Below are positions 36,701-45,740 of a stretch of 49,249 nucleotides of DNA, piece by piece. The stretch's first letter is position 1, and every line of letters starts with the position of its first letter. This DNA is from Steroidobacteraceae bacterium (GTDB lineage Bacteria > Pseudomonadota > Gammaproteobacteria > Steroidobacterales > Steroidobacteraceae), in assembly GCA_035603615.1 (NCBI GenBank), contig DATNKC010000446.1:1-49249 (forward strand). The letters are read 5' to 3'. Made by a program: the position numbers and the translations under genes. Below the pieces are notes generated by a model. It had not been told where the DNA came from. It searched no databases and saw only the letters and a list, made by a program, of their open reading frames with translations.

Positions 36701-39700
36701 CTGCCAGTGCTCAGTCGCGCCGCGATTCCTGGACTGGCGTTCGTCAAGAAGTTTGACGCGGAACCGATCGCATTCGCCAAATCCGCGTTGACTGTACCCG
36801 AGGTCGTTTGCAGCGTCGTCACGGCGTCGACGACGACCTGACCGACACGGCTGACATCGGCGCCGATGCCCGTCGATCCGACGTTGACGGCTACGTCGGT
36901 GCCGCCGACGGCCGGAGCGCGCAGGATGAGTTGGCCCATCTGGTTCGTGCCTGCGGTCGTAATCACGCTGCCCGGGGCCAACGTGATCGAACAGGCCGCG
37001 CAAGTCGAATTGAGCTCAATCTCGCCGCCCAGTTCCGTGGTACCAGTACCGTCTGCATGCAATTGCCCGCTCGCGTCGAGCCTTACGGCGGTGCCGGCCG
37101 ATAGGTCGATTAAACCCCGCTGCGCGCCCGACTGTGCGCTCAGTACGCCCGCGATCTCGACGGCGCCGGTATCGGCGGTCAGGGTGATGCTGTTCGCATC
37201 AATGACACCACCGTTTTGCAACTGTAAGTCGCCGCTGCGAGCCCGCACATTGACCGCGTTGCTGAAGCCGCCGCTGGCGAGCATCGATGCCAACGGCGTG
37301 AGTCCGCCGGCCAACTGGCCGGCATCCAGCGTGAAGTTGCCGCCGGCCCCGCCGCTGCCGGCGGCGCCGCTGAGCGTACCCGCGAGCGAGACGACTTGGC
37401 CGCCGACGATGGTCAGACTGCCCGCCGGCGCCTGCTGTTCGCCGGCCACACTGAGCATCGAGCCCGCATCCAGCGTGACATTTCCAGAAGCAGTGAGCGC
37501 GATCATCCCGCCCGGTGAAGGTGCCTGCTGATTGACGGCCTGCAGCAGCGTGCCGGCCACGTTGATCGAGCCGCTGCTGCCGAGTTCCAGGTCGCCGCCT
37601 CCAGCATTCATAAACACGAGGCCCGAGGGCGCGGCGATCGCACCTTGATCGAAGATTGCGTTGGCATTCAGGGTCAGGCTGCCGCCGACCAGCGTCGTTG
37701 CGGTCGTGCCTTTGGCAGGCGCGGTAGGCGCACCGAGGGTGAGCAATCCAGAAGCGTTGATCGTGGTCTGTGAACCGGCCCCCGGCGTGAGCTCAACCGC
37801 GTTGATGGTCAAGTCGCCGGCGACGTTCAGGCCGCTGCTGCTGCCCGCCGCGCTCGACACGGTCCCGGCGATCTGCGCGACGGTGCCGGCGAAGCCGCTG
37901 ATGCCCATCGAGTTGGACGCCAAGTTCAAGTTGTTTGCCACGAACGAAAGAGTGCCGCTGCCGACGGCTGGTGTGCTGACCGTCGTACCGCTGGCAGCCG
38001 GGCTAACGCCGCCCAAGGTCAGATTCGCTGCGCCAAAGACGGAGTCCGCGTCAACGGCGTTGTTGATTTGCGTACCCAGCAGGGTCAGGGAGCTCAAGGT
38101 CGGCGCCCCCGTACTCGCGCCGGCGCCGAGAGTCACCGGCGCGTACAAATCAATGTTGCCCTGACTCGAGATGCGCACCGCGCCCGCTGCCTGCAGCGAT
38201 GTCAGCAAACCGGAATCGATATTGAGCGTATCCGGCGAGGTGCCCGAGCCTACGAAGGCCACGCTGTTCGACGCCAGAGACCAACTGGCTCCCTTGCCGT
38301 TGATCGTGCCATTCAGAATGACATTGCCCGGCGCGTCCAGAGCCAGCGCACCGCCGGAACTTAAGCTCGATCCAGATTCAAGCGTGATGGCCGCGCCGGC
38401 GCCGTTGCCCGAGCGCGCGACGACCGGCAACCCGACATCGGAAACCGCGACGAGAGCCGCGCCGGGATTGCTTAGAGTTATCACCTCGGTTGGCGGCAGC
38501 GTCGCGAGCGTGGTGCCGTTCTTTCCGGAAGTCGATGCGAGCGCGCCGTTGAGGTCGATGGATGCCTGCGCCACGACGAAAATTTGATCGGCGGTCAGAT
38601 TAACGCCGCTATCCACAAGCACGCTGTTGGCGGCGACGCTGATGCTGCTGCCGTCAGTGGCGCCGCCCAGCGTCAGCGCGCTGGCGTTCCAGCTTTGCAG
38701 GACCGATCCGGACACGGCCACGAAATCCGGCGTCGTTGCGGCGCCGCCGTTCGTCACTTCCAGATTCGGGGCGCTGATATTGATCAGCGCACCGCGACCG
38801 CCTGTCGCCGCCGCGGTTTGCACATTGCCCTGCAGGTTCAACGAATTGCCGAGCAGGGCGTTGGATCCTTGCACCACAGAAAGACTCAATGTGCCGGCAT
38901 CGGCGGGCTCGGCGACCGGACCTGTTCCGGCGAGCGCCGCCACGGCGCCAAAGTAAGTTGAGGCACTGCTGATATTGTAGGTCGCCAATTGTTGGCCGTA
39001 GCTGCCGGGATAGACGGCGAATCCCTCATAGACGGTCGAGCCCGTGTGAAGCGCGGTTCCGATTGAGCTTAGGTATCCGGCTACGACGGGCGTGCCATCC
39101 GCAAGCGACCCGATTTGGCCGCCGGTCGCGCTGCTGTAGCTGGGCTCGATTTGAATCAGAAGCGCGCCCGGTGCAAGCGCGTAGCGCGGCGGCAGGAGTG
39201 CGTAATAGCCGGGAGCGACGCCAGCGCCGCCGGAAAGATACACGGTCTGCGTGGGATTGAATCCGCCGCTTTCCTGCGGATCGAAGGGCGCCGCCTGTCC
39301 TCTGGCGGCCGGCAAGATCGCGTAGAGACCTGGCGTGCTTTGCGGGCCTGAGCCTGCCAGGGCATCCGTCAGCCCACCGGTACCGGGAACCCATTCATAG
39401 GCGTATAAATCGCCGCCGCCACGCAAGTCCACGGTGGCATTGGATTGCACCGTCACATTGGGGGCGGTCAAACTGACCTGTTTTCCGGGAGTGGCAGTTA
39501 TCGGCGTTTGGCCCGACGGAGTCTGATAAATCCACTGCGCACCGTTCTCCTGTGTCTGCCCGAACGGCACAGTGAGATCGGCACCGCTCACCGAGACCAA
39601 GCTGCCATTGGACAGCGTGAGCGAATTGTTGGCGCTCAGCGCGATTTCGCCGAACGGGGCGAGCAGTGTTCCGCCAACCTCGATGTTGTCCGCCACGATG

Positions 39701-42700
39701 GTCACGGAGCCACCGGCGGATAGAGGCGGTCCCGGCGATGGCGCCGGCTGACCGTTGATCATCACTTGATCGATGTTCACGCTCGTGTTGCTGCCGGCCG
39801 CGCCGGCTCCCGATGCCTGAATCGTAAAGCTCGTGAAGGTATCGGGATAAACTCGCGCAGCTTGGATGGTGAGATTGCCGGCGGTCAGCAGGGAGCCCGT
39901 CTCAACGCCGGCTTGAGAACCAATGGTGCCCTGCAGTTGCACGTCGCCTTGACTCGTCAGCGTCGTGTTGCCGATCCCCTGCAGCGTCAGGTTCCCCAGC
40001 AGAGTGAGCTGATTCGCCGCCACGACCAGGTTACCCGCGCCGGGGGTGGGAACAGGTTGCGTGATGTCGTTTGACAGCAGCGTGAGTGGGTTGCCGATCT
40101 GCACATAAGGCGCGGCGATACCGGCGGTAACGCCATCCGCCACCGACAGAGTCTGGGTCTCGAGGATGACGGACCGGTTCAAGGCCAGCGGTTGGTTGGT
40201 TTGAAGCGAGATCAGGCCCGGCGCGATCCCGCCGGCGTTGAGAATCAAAGAATCAATTCCGGAGTTTGCGATCTCAGAGACGCCGATGGTCGCGAGGTCC
40301 ACGACAGGCGGCGTGGGGGACGCGGCTGCCGTGCCAACGAGCGCGATTTGCAGCGGCTCGCCATTGGGATCGGGTTGACCCAGGATCGAGTCACCGGCGA
40401 GGCGGGCCAAATCGATCTCCAGCGTACCAGCCGCCGCTGCACCGCCGGTGCCCACACCGGCTTTGCCCTGGATGTTTCCCAGGAGCTCGATCGACTCCTG
40501 TGAACTCACCGTGAGCGATCCGCCCGGCGTAGCGACGACTTCGCGGCTGTAACCGGCGCCGGGGCTGGCCACATCGAGTGTCGCGCTGCTGCCCGAAAAA
40601 TTGATCGACGATCCAGCGTCGAGAACCACGGTGCCGCGCTGTGCATTGATGTCGACCGAGCCGCCGGCCTTCACGGTGCCCAACAACAGCCCCTGGTCAT
40701 TCGGCGTCAATATGGCATTGCCGCCGCTGACATCGATGACGGCGGTCGGCGCCAGGGATATTCCAAGTCCGGCAACGTAACCAGGATCCAAAGTCGTCGC
40801 GGTGTTGTCATTGAAGAGCGTCGGCGACGTCAATACTATTGATACGGTGCCGCCGGGAGCTTTCAATGATCCGCCAATGAAGATATCGCCTTCGCCGGCA
40901 ATGCTGATGGCGGCGCCGGGATCTCCGACGATGGCGGCGCCCGGTTGGATGTCGAGGGCGCCGTAGCCGGTCGAGCCCAGTTGTATGTCGTCAGCTAAGC
41001 GCAGCACGTTCAAAGAAACGTTGGTGGTTGGCCGAAGATCGGCCGGCAGCATGACGGCTTGGGAGAATCCGGCGACGGTGCCGCCGCTGACACGCGTCTG
41101 ATAACCTGGCTCGAGCTGCAGTGACAGAGTCTGCGCGTTGATCGTGGCTCCCGCGGTCCCGGCTGCCGATCCTTGAACCGTGAGCACATCGTCGGTGGCT
41201 GACTGCACGGCGCCGGTGGCCGTCAAGGAGATGTTCGAAAATCCGTAGGTCGAGAAAAGCGGCGCATAAACATTCAACATCTGACCCTGACCGTCAAGGT
41301 CGTCGACACTCTGCGCCTCGGTCCACGCCGTGCCCGTGCCTTGAGAAACATCGATACGCGGCGCCAGAAGCGCGAAGCTGCCGCCCGCCGCCGTATAGAC
41401 ACCGAAAGCCTCGATGGCAAGTCCCTGGCCGAACTGCACGGCGCTTTGCGACGGACTGGCATCAAGCGTGATGGATCCGCCATGGCCGTAGATCAGGCTG
41501 CCATTGCTTTGCAGCCAAGCTCCGCCGTCGGCTTTGAGCGCGACATTGTCGCCCAGCACCAGTTCGCTGCCAGGCAATGTCAATTGCAAATTGATCGAGC
41601 CGCCATTCTGCAGCGTGGGGCCGGATCCGATGCCGCCGGCGAGCACGCTGTCATTGGTCCAGAGGCCGCTGACGTTCAATGTCACGCCGTCGCCGACACC
41701 GATTCCCAGGCGCGGATATCCGGTTCCCAGTGTGGGGGCGGCCAATGGATTTTGATCGGCGATCGTGAGCTCGCTTTGAAAGCTCAGACTGCCGCCCAAA
41801 TCGGTGATGTTCGAGTCGATGTCGATGCGCGAACCTTGAACAAGCAGCGAAGATCCGGCAGGCAGCTGCAATGGCAACTTAGCGGGCAGCTGAAAGCTCG
41901 TATTCGTATAGATTTGCGTATTGGTGAAGCCGTCGCTGGTCAAATAAGTCGCCGGCAACTGCAGCATCTGCGGCGGCAGGGGCACTGTGTCGGCGACCAC
42001 GATGGGCGTGGGGTTTGCCGTCACGGTGATGGGCGGTGCGAAATAATCCGCCTGCCCATCGACATTGACGTTGCCCGTGGACTTCGGCGTCCCGATAATC
42101 AAGGTGCCTCCCAACGTGGCAGCGGCGCCGAAGGGGCCGCGCTGGTAAGGGCCATAGACGGCGCTCGCCTGCAAGCTGCCATTGAGGACGAGATTGGGGG
42201 CGGCGAACTGCACCACGCCTGCCGCCGCGCCTTGTTGGTAGCCGGACTCGTAGTGGCTAAGCCCCGGCGTCGGGACAATCTCTTGGACGCCCCACTTGTC
42301 GAAGGACTGTGTCAATGTCGGGTTGACCACACCGGTGTAAGTCAGCAGCGGATTCGCACTGCCGATATCGTAGAGCTGGCCATTGGCGCCGACGAGTTGC
42401 GTGGTCTGAATGCTGCCACCCAGATAGGTGGTCGCGCCGCCCGATACGTTGATCGTGGCGCCCGGATTGAAGACGATGTCACCTTCAGATAAAAACGTCG
42501 CCGTACCGCCCGCTTCGGTCCGCTGCGCGACGGTGCGGCCAACCGCGGCGATCGCGGAGGAAACATCGGCGATGGGTGTCCCGGCTCCGCCGTCCGCGCG
42601 TACATCCACTGTGACCGTGTCTCCGCGCAACGCGCCGTTTCGCTGAGTGGGATCGCCGCTGAATTCGTTGGAACGCAACTGCACCGTGACAAGGTTGGCA

Positions 42701-43950
42701 TCCATCGGCAGCGTGGCATCGCTGCCGGATAAATCGATATCGGTTCCGGCATCGATGCGAATTCGCGCCTGCGAATTACCGCCGGATTGCAGGCCCGCGC
42801 TAGGATCGGCAAGCGCGGTCACGGTGAGATTGCCGCCGGGCGCGTGGATGGAGCCACCCTGCATCAAGACCTGTTGGGCGGTGATGGTAATGGCCGATGG
42901 CAGCTGAACTTGTGCGTCGACGGCCGTGGCGGTATCGGCGTATTCCGGCAATATCTCGATGCCGCTATCGGGCCCTATGGTGATTTGCCCACCGACTGTG
43001 GCGGTGAGCGGATTGGACGCGACTGACGGCTTGTCGGCCGCCTCGAGAGTGACCGAGCCATTGGCGGACACGCTGGTCGTCGCTGAAATGCGCCCGTCTT
43101 GATTGATCATCAGCCCGGTCAACGTGACATTGCCGCGCGGGGCCGACAAATCGCCCGTGGCTTCATTGGTCACGCCCATCAATTGGCTGGCGGCCGAAGT
43201 TCCTCCGTCAACCTGTACGATCAAGCCTCGAACGGACGGATCCTGGCTGGCCTGCAAGTAAATGTTCTGCCCGGCGGCCAAAACGATTTGACCATCGGGC
43301 GCGGTCAAGGTGCCGGCGTTATCGACAGTAGGAGCGGCCAGCAAGAGCCGTCCGCCGCTAGAGGCCGTCAATTGCGCGCCATTTTGCACCGTGATACTGC
43401 CGGTATTGGTGAGCTTGGCGCCAAAATCATCCGAGAAATGCTGCGGATTGCCAGTGAACTGTTCAAGCGCCGGCAGTCCGTTCACCAATGGTGAAAGAAC
43501 GCCGCTGTTGAAGGTGCTGTCGGTGAGATTGAGCGACGAGGCAATCAAGCCCGCGACATTCACCGTTGAGGTGGCGCCGAATAGAAAGCCGTTGGCATTG
43601 ATCAGATAGATCTGACCATTGGCGCTTAGCGCGCCGAAAATGCTGCTGGGATTGGCATCGTAGATGCGATTGAGCGCCACCGAGGTGCTGGACGGCTGCT
43701 GGAAAACCACTTTGCCGTCGCCGCTGATATTGAATGAAGCCCAATTCAGCGTCGCATTGTTGCTGGTCTGAGTCACGGCAAGGGTCTTGCCGGATTGAAC
43801 CGCGGTTGCGGCACCCGAGGTCACGAAGACATTGTTGTTTGCGCAGGCGCCAGGCGCGCAAGGAATTGGCAATTGCGTAGCGGCAAAAGCGATGCCGCCG
43901 ATACCGAGACCGATCGCCGGGAGAAGGACCGCCTGCCCGAGCCTGCTCAT
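33709..43950 (-). CDS. Giant two-partner-secretion exoprotein (TpsA, filamentous haemagglutinin family), about 3,413 aa
   Basis: The start is taken at ATG 43950 (MSRLGQAVLLPAIGLGIGGIAFA signal peptide). The track TTG at 44001 and an ATG at 43980 are alternatives. The TPS secretion domain is NATLNWASFNISGDGKVVFQQP...ALNRIY...SANGQIYLINANGFLFG. It is followed by thousands of residues of G/A/T/S/N-rich beta-helix repeats. The C-terminal region (FFNELLLSGR..., GGNILIWSDEGSIDAGNGSK, GSGIRT) is like the DUF3739-type FHA C-terminus. Confidence 0.95.
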   Translation of the reverse strand: MSRLGQAVLLPAIGLGIGGIAFAATQLPIPCAPGACANNNVFVTSGAATAVQSGKTLAVTQTSNNATLNWASFNISGDGKVVFQQPSSTSVALNRIYDANPSSIFGALSANGQIYLINANGFLFGATSTVNVAGLIASSLNLTDSTFNSGVLSPLVNGLPALEQFTGNPQHFSDDFGAKLTNTGSITVQNGAQLTASSGGRLLLAAPTVDNAGTLTAPDGQIVLAAGQNIYLQASQDPSVRGLIVQVDGGTSAASQLMGVTNEATGDLSAPRGNVTLTGLMINQDGRISATTSVSANGSVTLEAADKPSVASNPLTATVGGQITIGPDSGIEILPEYADTATAVDAQVQLPSAITITAQQVLMQGGSIHAPGGNLTVTALADPSAGLQSGGNSQARIRIDAGTDIDLSGSDATLPMDANLVTVQLRSNEFSGDPTQRNGALRGDTVTVDVRADGGAGTPIADVSSAIAAVGRTVAQRTEAGGTATFLSEGDIVFNPGATINVSGGATTYLGGSIQTTQLVGANGQLYDIGSANPLLTYTGVVNPTLTQSFDKWGVQEIVPTPGLSHYESGYQQGAAAGVVQFAAPNLVLNGSLQASAVYGPYQRGPFGAAATLGGTLIIGTPKSTGNVNVDGQADYFAPPITVTANPTPIVVADTVPLPPQMLQLPATYLTSDGFTNTQIYTNTSFQLPAKLPLQLPAGSSLLVQGSRIDIDSNITDLGGSLSFQSELTIADQNPLAAPTLGTGYPRLGIGVGDGVTLNVSGLWTNDSVLAGGIGSGPTLQNGGSINLQLTLPGSELVLGDNVALKADGGAWLQSNGSLIYGHGGSITLDASPSQSAVQFGQGLAIEAFGVYTAAGGSFALLAPRIDVSQGTGTAWTEAQSVDDLDGQGQMLNVYAPLFSTYGFSNISLTATGAVQSATDDVLTVQGSAAGTAGATINAQTLSLQLEPGYQTRVSGGTVAGFSQAVMLPADLRPTTNVSLNVLRLADDIQLGSTGYGALDIQPGAAIVGDPGAAISIAGEGDIFIGGSLKAPGGTVSIVLTSPTLFNDNTATTLDPGYVAGLGISLAPTAVIDVSGGNAILTPNDQGLLLGTVKAGGSVDINAQRGTVVLDAGSSINFSGSSATLDVASPGAGYSREVVATPGGSLTVSSQESIELLGNIQGKAGVGTGGAAAAGTLEIDLARLAGDSILGQPDPNGEPLQIALVGTAAASPTPPVVDLATIGVSEIANSGIDSLILNAGGIAPGLISLQTNQPLALNRSVILETQTLSVADGVTAGIAAPYVQIGNPLTLLSNDITQPVPTPGAGNLVVAANQLTLLGNLTLQGIGNTTLTSQGDVQLQGTIGSQAGVETGSLLTAGNLTIQAARVYPDTFTSFTIQASGAGAAGSNTSVNIDQVMINGQPAPSPGPPLSAGGSVTIVADNIEVGGTLLAPFGEIALSANNSLTLSNGSLVSVSGADLTVPFGQTQENGAQWIYQTPSGQTPITATPGKQVSLTAPNVTVQSNATVDLRGGGDLYAYEWVPGTGGLTDALAGSGPQSTPGLYAILPAARGQAAPFDPQESGGFNPTQTVYLSGGAGVAPGYYALLPPRYALAPGALLIQIEPSYSSATGGQIGSLADGTPVVAGYLSSIGTALHTGSTVYEGFAVYPGSYGQQLATYNISSASTYFGAVAALAGTGPVAEPADAGTLSLSVVQGSNALLGNSLNLQGNVQTAAATGGRGALINISAPNLEVTNGGAATTPDFVAVSGSVLQSWNASALTLGGATDGSSISVAANSVLVDSGVNLTADQIFVVAQASIDLNGALASTSGKNGTTLATLPPTEVITLSNPGAALVAVSDVGLPVVARSGNGAGAAITLESGSSLSSGGALALDAPGNVILNGTINGKGASWSLASNSVAFVGSGTSPDTLNIDSGLLTSLQAAGAVRISSQGNIDLYAPVTLGAGASTGAPTLSSLTLLGTQINNAVDADSVFGAANLTLGGVSPAASGTTVSTPAVGSGTLSFVANNLNLASNSMGISGFAGTVAQIAGTVSSAAGSSSGLNVAGDLTINAVELTPGAGSQTTINASGLLTLGAPTAPAKGTTATTLVGGSLTLNANAIFDQGAIAAPSGLVFMNAGGGDLELGSSGSINVAGTLLQAVNQQAPSPGGMIALTASGNVTLDAGSMLSVAGEQQAPAGSLTIVGGQVVSLAGTLSGAAGSGGAGGNFTLDAGQLAGGLTPLASMLASGGFSNAVNVRARSGDLQLQNGGVIDANSITLTADTGAVEIAGVLSAQSGAQRGLIDLSAGTAVRLDASGQLHADGTGTTELGGEIELNSTCAACSITLAPGSVITTAGTNQMGQLILRAPAVGGTDVAVNVGSTGIGADVSRVGQVVVDAVTTLQTTSGTVNADLANAIGSASNFLTNASPGIAARLSTGSTPLSVQAGVELQDANIEALTLQGLTDLSTYSDPAYYGSSQAPQVINVSVRAAGSININGTFSDGFITDPTGNTNLLALSSLPSASFSFVAGADVSSANALSVLRGSSANLTLMSSTRAADGSTDGVGPSVVRTGTGDINLAAAGDVVFAAAGGGGAAVYTAGYAPANVLGPVSFDNGALIQNFGSNGGNVRVSAGGDVVGSPVGVSFSKSDGGNYSVSGWQLHQGSAGIPAQYGIDYGAFDWNVGALGGGDVTVTAGSNVTNLSAATADSLVSGANTLDGNAAMYGAGGGLSITAGGDIGSAQLFVADGVGTVIAGGGLIPIRTSTRIGATGGLPVGSSIALDNSQISVWARNGVQIDAIYNPTLVAQVNGALDSTLLGGFLTYGPAAAVNLSSTSGAVTIELNPSTNGPMGTLLGTAEVVRGGVTSLLVAPPNLGVQALQGDIIVSGGPNLAPASDGQLSLFAAQDIAAGTTGSNNQITLSDAFLSTIPTAADPSLLGSVIVPFQGVIHSGDPIPALITAGRDIVGVGFSIPKAADIVAGRDIVNLNYAGQNTSASDITLISAGRDLTSAGSGSNQGIQLSGPGSIDVLTGRNLNFGFGNGLVTLGNLVNANLPTSQGANANVLVGYGTQGADLSGFVNQIIAPSTAYQAQLTGYVESLEGTSGLTFAQAESQFAGLSSSQQTALVDNVFFNELLLSGRAANSGTGVGFQQGYNAIDALFPGSRSSTTASPYAGNLTLTTSRIYTDSGGNISILVPGGEVDVGLANPPPTVVAKPASSLGIVAQGAGNVDIYTQGDVNVNQSRVFTLGGGNILIWSDEGSIDAGNGSKSSLSVPPPTVSVNQQGVVTLNFAGSLATGSGIRTIQTNPSIPAGDVDLDAPVGTVDAGDAGIGAAGNINIAAAHVIGVDNINFGGTATGVPSDLSNLSASLSGVSAVAAGATTSSTSSVAETNAAKETVPLAQAALSWLDVFVTGLGEENCKQDDIECLKRQRSAAP

Positions 43951-44027
43951 TTCACATCCAGCGATGCTCGATCTACGCATCTCACTACGATATCCGCGCA
44001 ATGTGACATGGGCATGGCTCGCTCGAG

Positions 44028-45638
44028 TCAGAAACTGCCGCGCGCAATAAACAAAACGCGCGAGTCGCCCGCGTGCGTGACGCTGGCGCTATCCATTGCC
44101 CTCGCCCACGTCGCGCTCGCCGTGAATTTTTGTCCCGGCAGGATATCCATGCCGAATCCCCAGCTGCGCAGCCTGGCGCTAGCCGGTTCTCCGGGGAGGG
44201 CATCGAATATCGAACCTTTACCGACGTCAAAAAAGCCGTACGCGTCGATGATTATCAGATCGTGTCGATGCAGTCCGGGCGAGATCAGCTGGAGGGTTCC
44301 CTTGATACCCTTGTCCACCAACTCTTCCGCTTCAAGATAGCCACGCACGCCGTCAGCCCCCGCCAATGAGAAATCCTCGTTGGTAATCAAGGGCTCCGTC
44401 GCACCCTGGCCCGCGGCGCGTAGACGCAAGCTGAAATCCTCGGGCAATTTGATGACCGTGACCAGGTCCGCGCGTAAATCGAAATAGTTTGGGCGCCCTT
44501 TGAATCGATCGTTCTCGAATGCCGGCGCATTGTTCACCAAGCCGCGCGGACCGGCGTTGGCCGAAAAGACCAAGGTTGTCACCTGACTGTCCGTGTGCCA
44601 GTAGCCGTTATAGGCAGCCGAGAGATTCAGATACGTGATGGGCGTGTCGAGCGCGGTAGTCGCATCTTGGCTGATGGTATTGCGAAAATGCTTGTAGTCC
44701 ACGCCCACGCTCACCGACTGCAGCGAGGCGGCCGACGTCAGGAGCGAATAAGAGAGCTTCGCGCTGGTGATTTCACCGATACCGAGTACGCCGAGACTGC
44801 CTGCAGTTGCCACATTGCTGTTGGAGTTGATATAGCTCAACGACGGCTGCAGACCCGAATCCCAAGCGTGCGCGACGTAGTTGACCGCAATCACCCGCAC
44901 TTGGTCGAACTGCTGCGGCGTGAATTGGTATTGAAGGGCCAACGTGTCGAAGCGACCAAACAGGTCGTCGTAGTTGAGGCTGACGATCGTACGCAATTCC
45001 TCGGTATCAACGGTCGCTTGGTTATTGAGTTCAACGCTGCCGTGCAGCGGCAGCGTGTCGTTCACCTTGAGCGCCACATCCACGGTCCCGGGGGCCGATC
45101 CGGCCTTGAGGATGGGAACCACTGCGCGATCCGGCGTTTCGCTATTGACGGCGCCGAGTTGCTCCTGCAGCTTTGAAAGCTGCAGCACCGTTCCCGGAGT
45201 GGCCGCGGGCAGCTGTGCGATCACATCGCGTTCAGGAAAATATTTGGCGCCGCTGATGACGGTGCTTTCGATTCGTCCCTCCGTCACCCGCAGCCGGACC
45301 AAACCCTCGCGGACCGTCTGCGGCGGAATGTCGACAAATGCTGTCCCGTAGCCGCGCTGGTGATACAGGTCTTCCAACTGTTTGCGCGCAACTTCGACGT
45401 CTGCGATCGTTTTCTTGGGGCCCAACAACGGGTACAACAACCGCTCTATGTCTCGGCCGGCGAGCACCGTGTTGCCGACCACGCGATACTCCGTGACCTC
45501 GAAACTTTGATCCGACGTGCCCACCCTGACCGGCTCGGGCGGATTGGGCGCTTCCGATGCCGACACAGCGGCTGCCGCCAGTATTAGACAAGACGCAATC
45601 GCTGAGCCCAAGGTCCGGGTAGCGCCCGAGCGAGTCAT
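44028..45638 (-). CDS. TpsB transporter (ShlB/FhaC/HecB family, POTRA + 16-strand barrel)
   Basis: 536 aa with a signal peptide. POTRA region FEVTEYRVVGNTVL...RKQLEDLYHQRGY. Barrel ending ...VLFIARGSF. It lies directly upstream of tpsA. Confidence 0.95.
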   Translation of the reverse strand: MTRSGATRTLGSAIASCLILAAAAVSASEAPNPPEPVRVGTSDQSFEVTEYRVVGNTVLAGRDIERLLYPLLGPKKTIADVEVARKQLEDLYHQRGYGTAFVDIPPQTVREGLVRLRVTEGRIESTVISGAKYFPERDVIAQLPAATPGTVLQLSKLQEQLGAVNSETPDRAVVPILKAGSAPGTVDVALKVNDTLPLHGSVELNNQATVDTEELRTIVSLNYDDLFGRFDTLALQYQFTPQQFDQVRVIAVNYVAHAWDSGLQPSLSYINSNSNVATAGSLGVLGIGEITSAKLSYSLLTSAASLQSVSVGVDYKHFRNTISQDATTALDTPITYLNLSAAYNGYWHTDSQVTTLVFSANAGPRGLVNNAPAFENDRFKGRPNYFDLRADLVTVIKLPEDFSLRLRAAGQGATEPLITNEDFSLAGADGVRGYLEAEELVDKGIKGTLQLISPGLHRHDLIIIDAYGFFDVGKGSIFDALPGEPASARLRSWGFGMDILPGQKFTASATWARAMDSASVTHAGDSRVLFIARGSF

Positions 45639-45683
45639 GAAACCAACAAGCAGGTTGTGCGCAATGGCTGTCCCGAAATAGAA

Positions 45684-45709
45684 CTGGCCTCCCTTTACGG
45701 GGAGGCCAG
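45684..45709 (-). terminator. Probable intrinsic terminator downstream of the PBP-like gene
   Basis: A perfect 10-bp GC-rich stem, CTGGCCTCCC (45684-45693) with GGGAGGCCAG (45700-45709). On the - strand it is followed by TTCTATTT. It lies in the 102-nt gap between the PBP-like stop and the tpsB start. Confidence 0.5.
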
Positions 45710-45740
45710 TGAATCGTCGTTAGTCGTCTTCTTTTGCTGC

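Noticed and set aside
34315-42492. Several long plus-strand ORFs inside tpsA (for example 34315..35244 and 41341..42492)
   Set aside because: They are antisense products of a repetitive GC-rich gene. They have no independent start signals or motifs.
33709-43950. CRISPR-like or tandem-repeat signal, and contact-dependent-inhibition (CdiA/CdiI) interpretation of the giant gene
   Set aside because: The periodicity is degenerate and in-frame, consistent with protein beta-helix repeats. It is not identical repeats with unique spacers. No VENN-type pre-toxin junction, toxin domain or downstream immunity ORF was visible.
43951-44001. Track start (TTG at 44001), and the ATG at 43980, for tpsA
   Set aside because: The extra 17 residues (MRGYRSEMRRSSIAGCE) would precede an otherwise ideal Sec signal peptide that begins at ATG 43950. 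The longer forms cannot be excluded, and they are noted in the feature.
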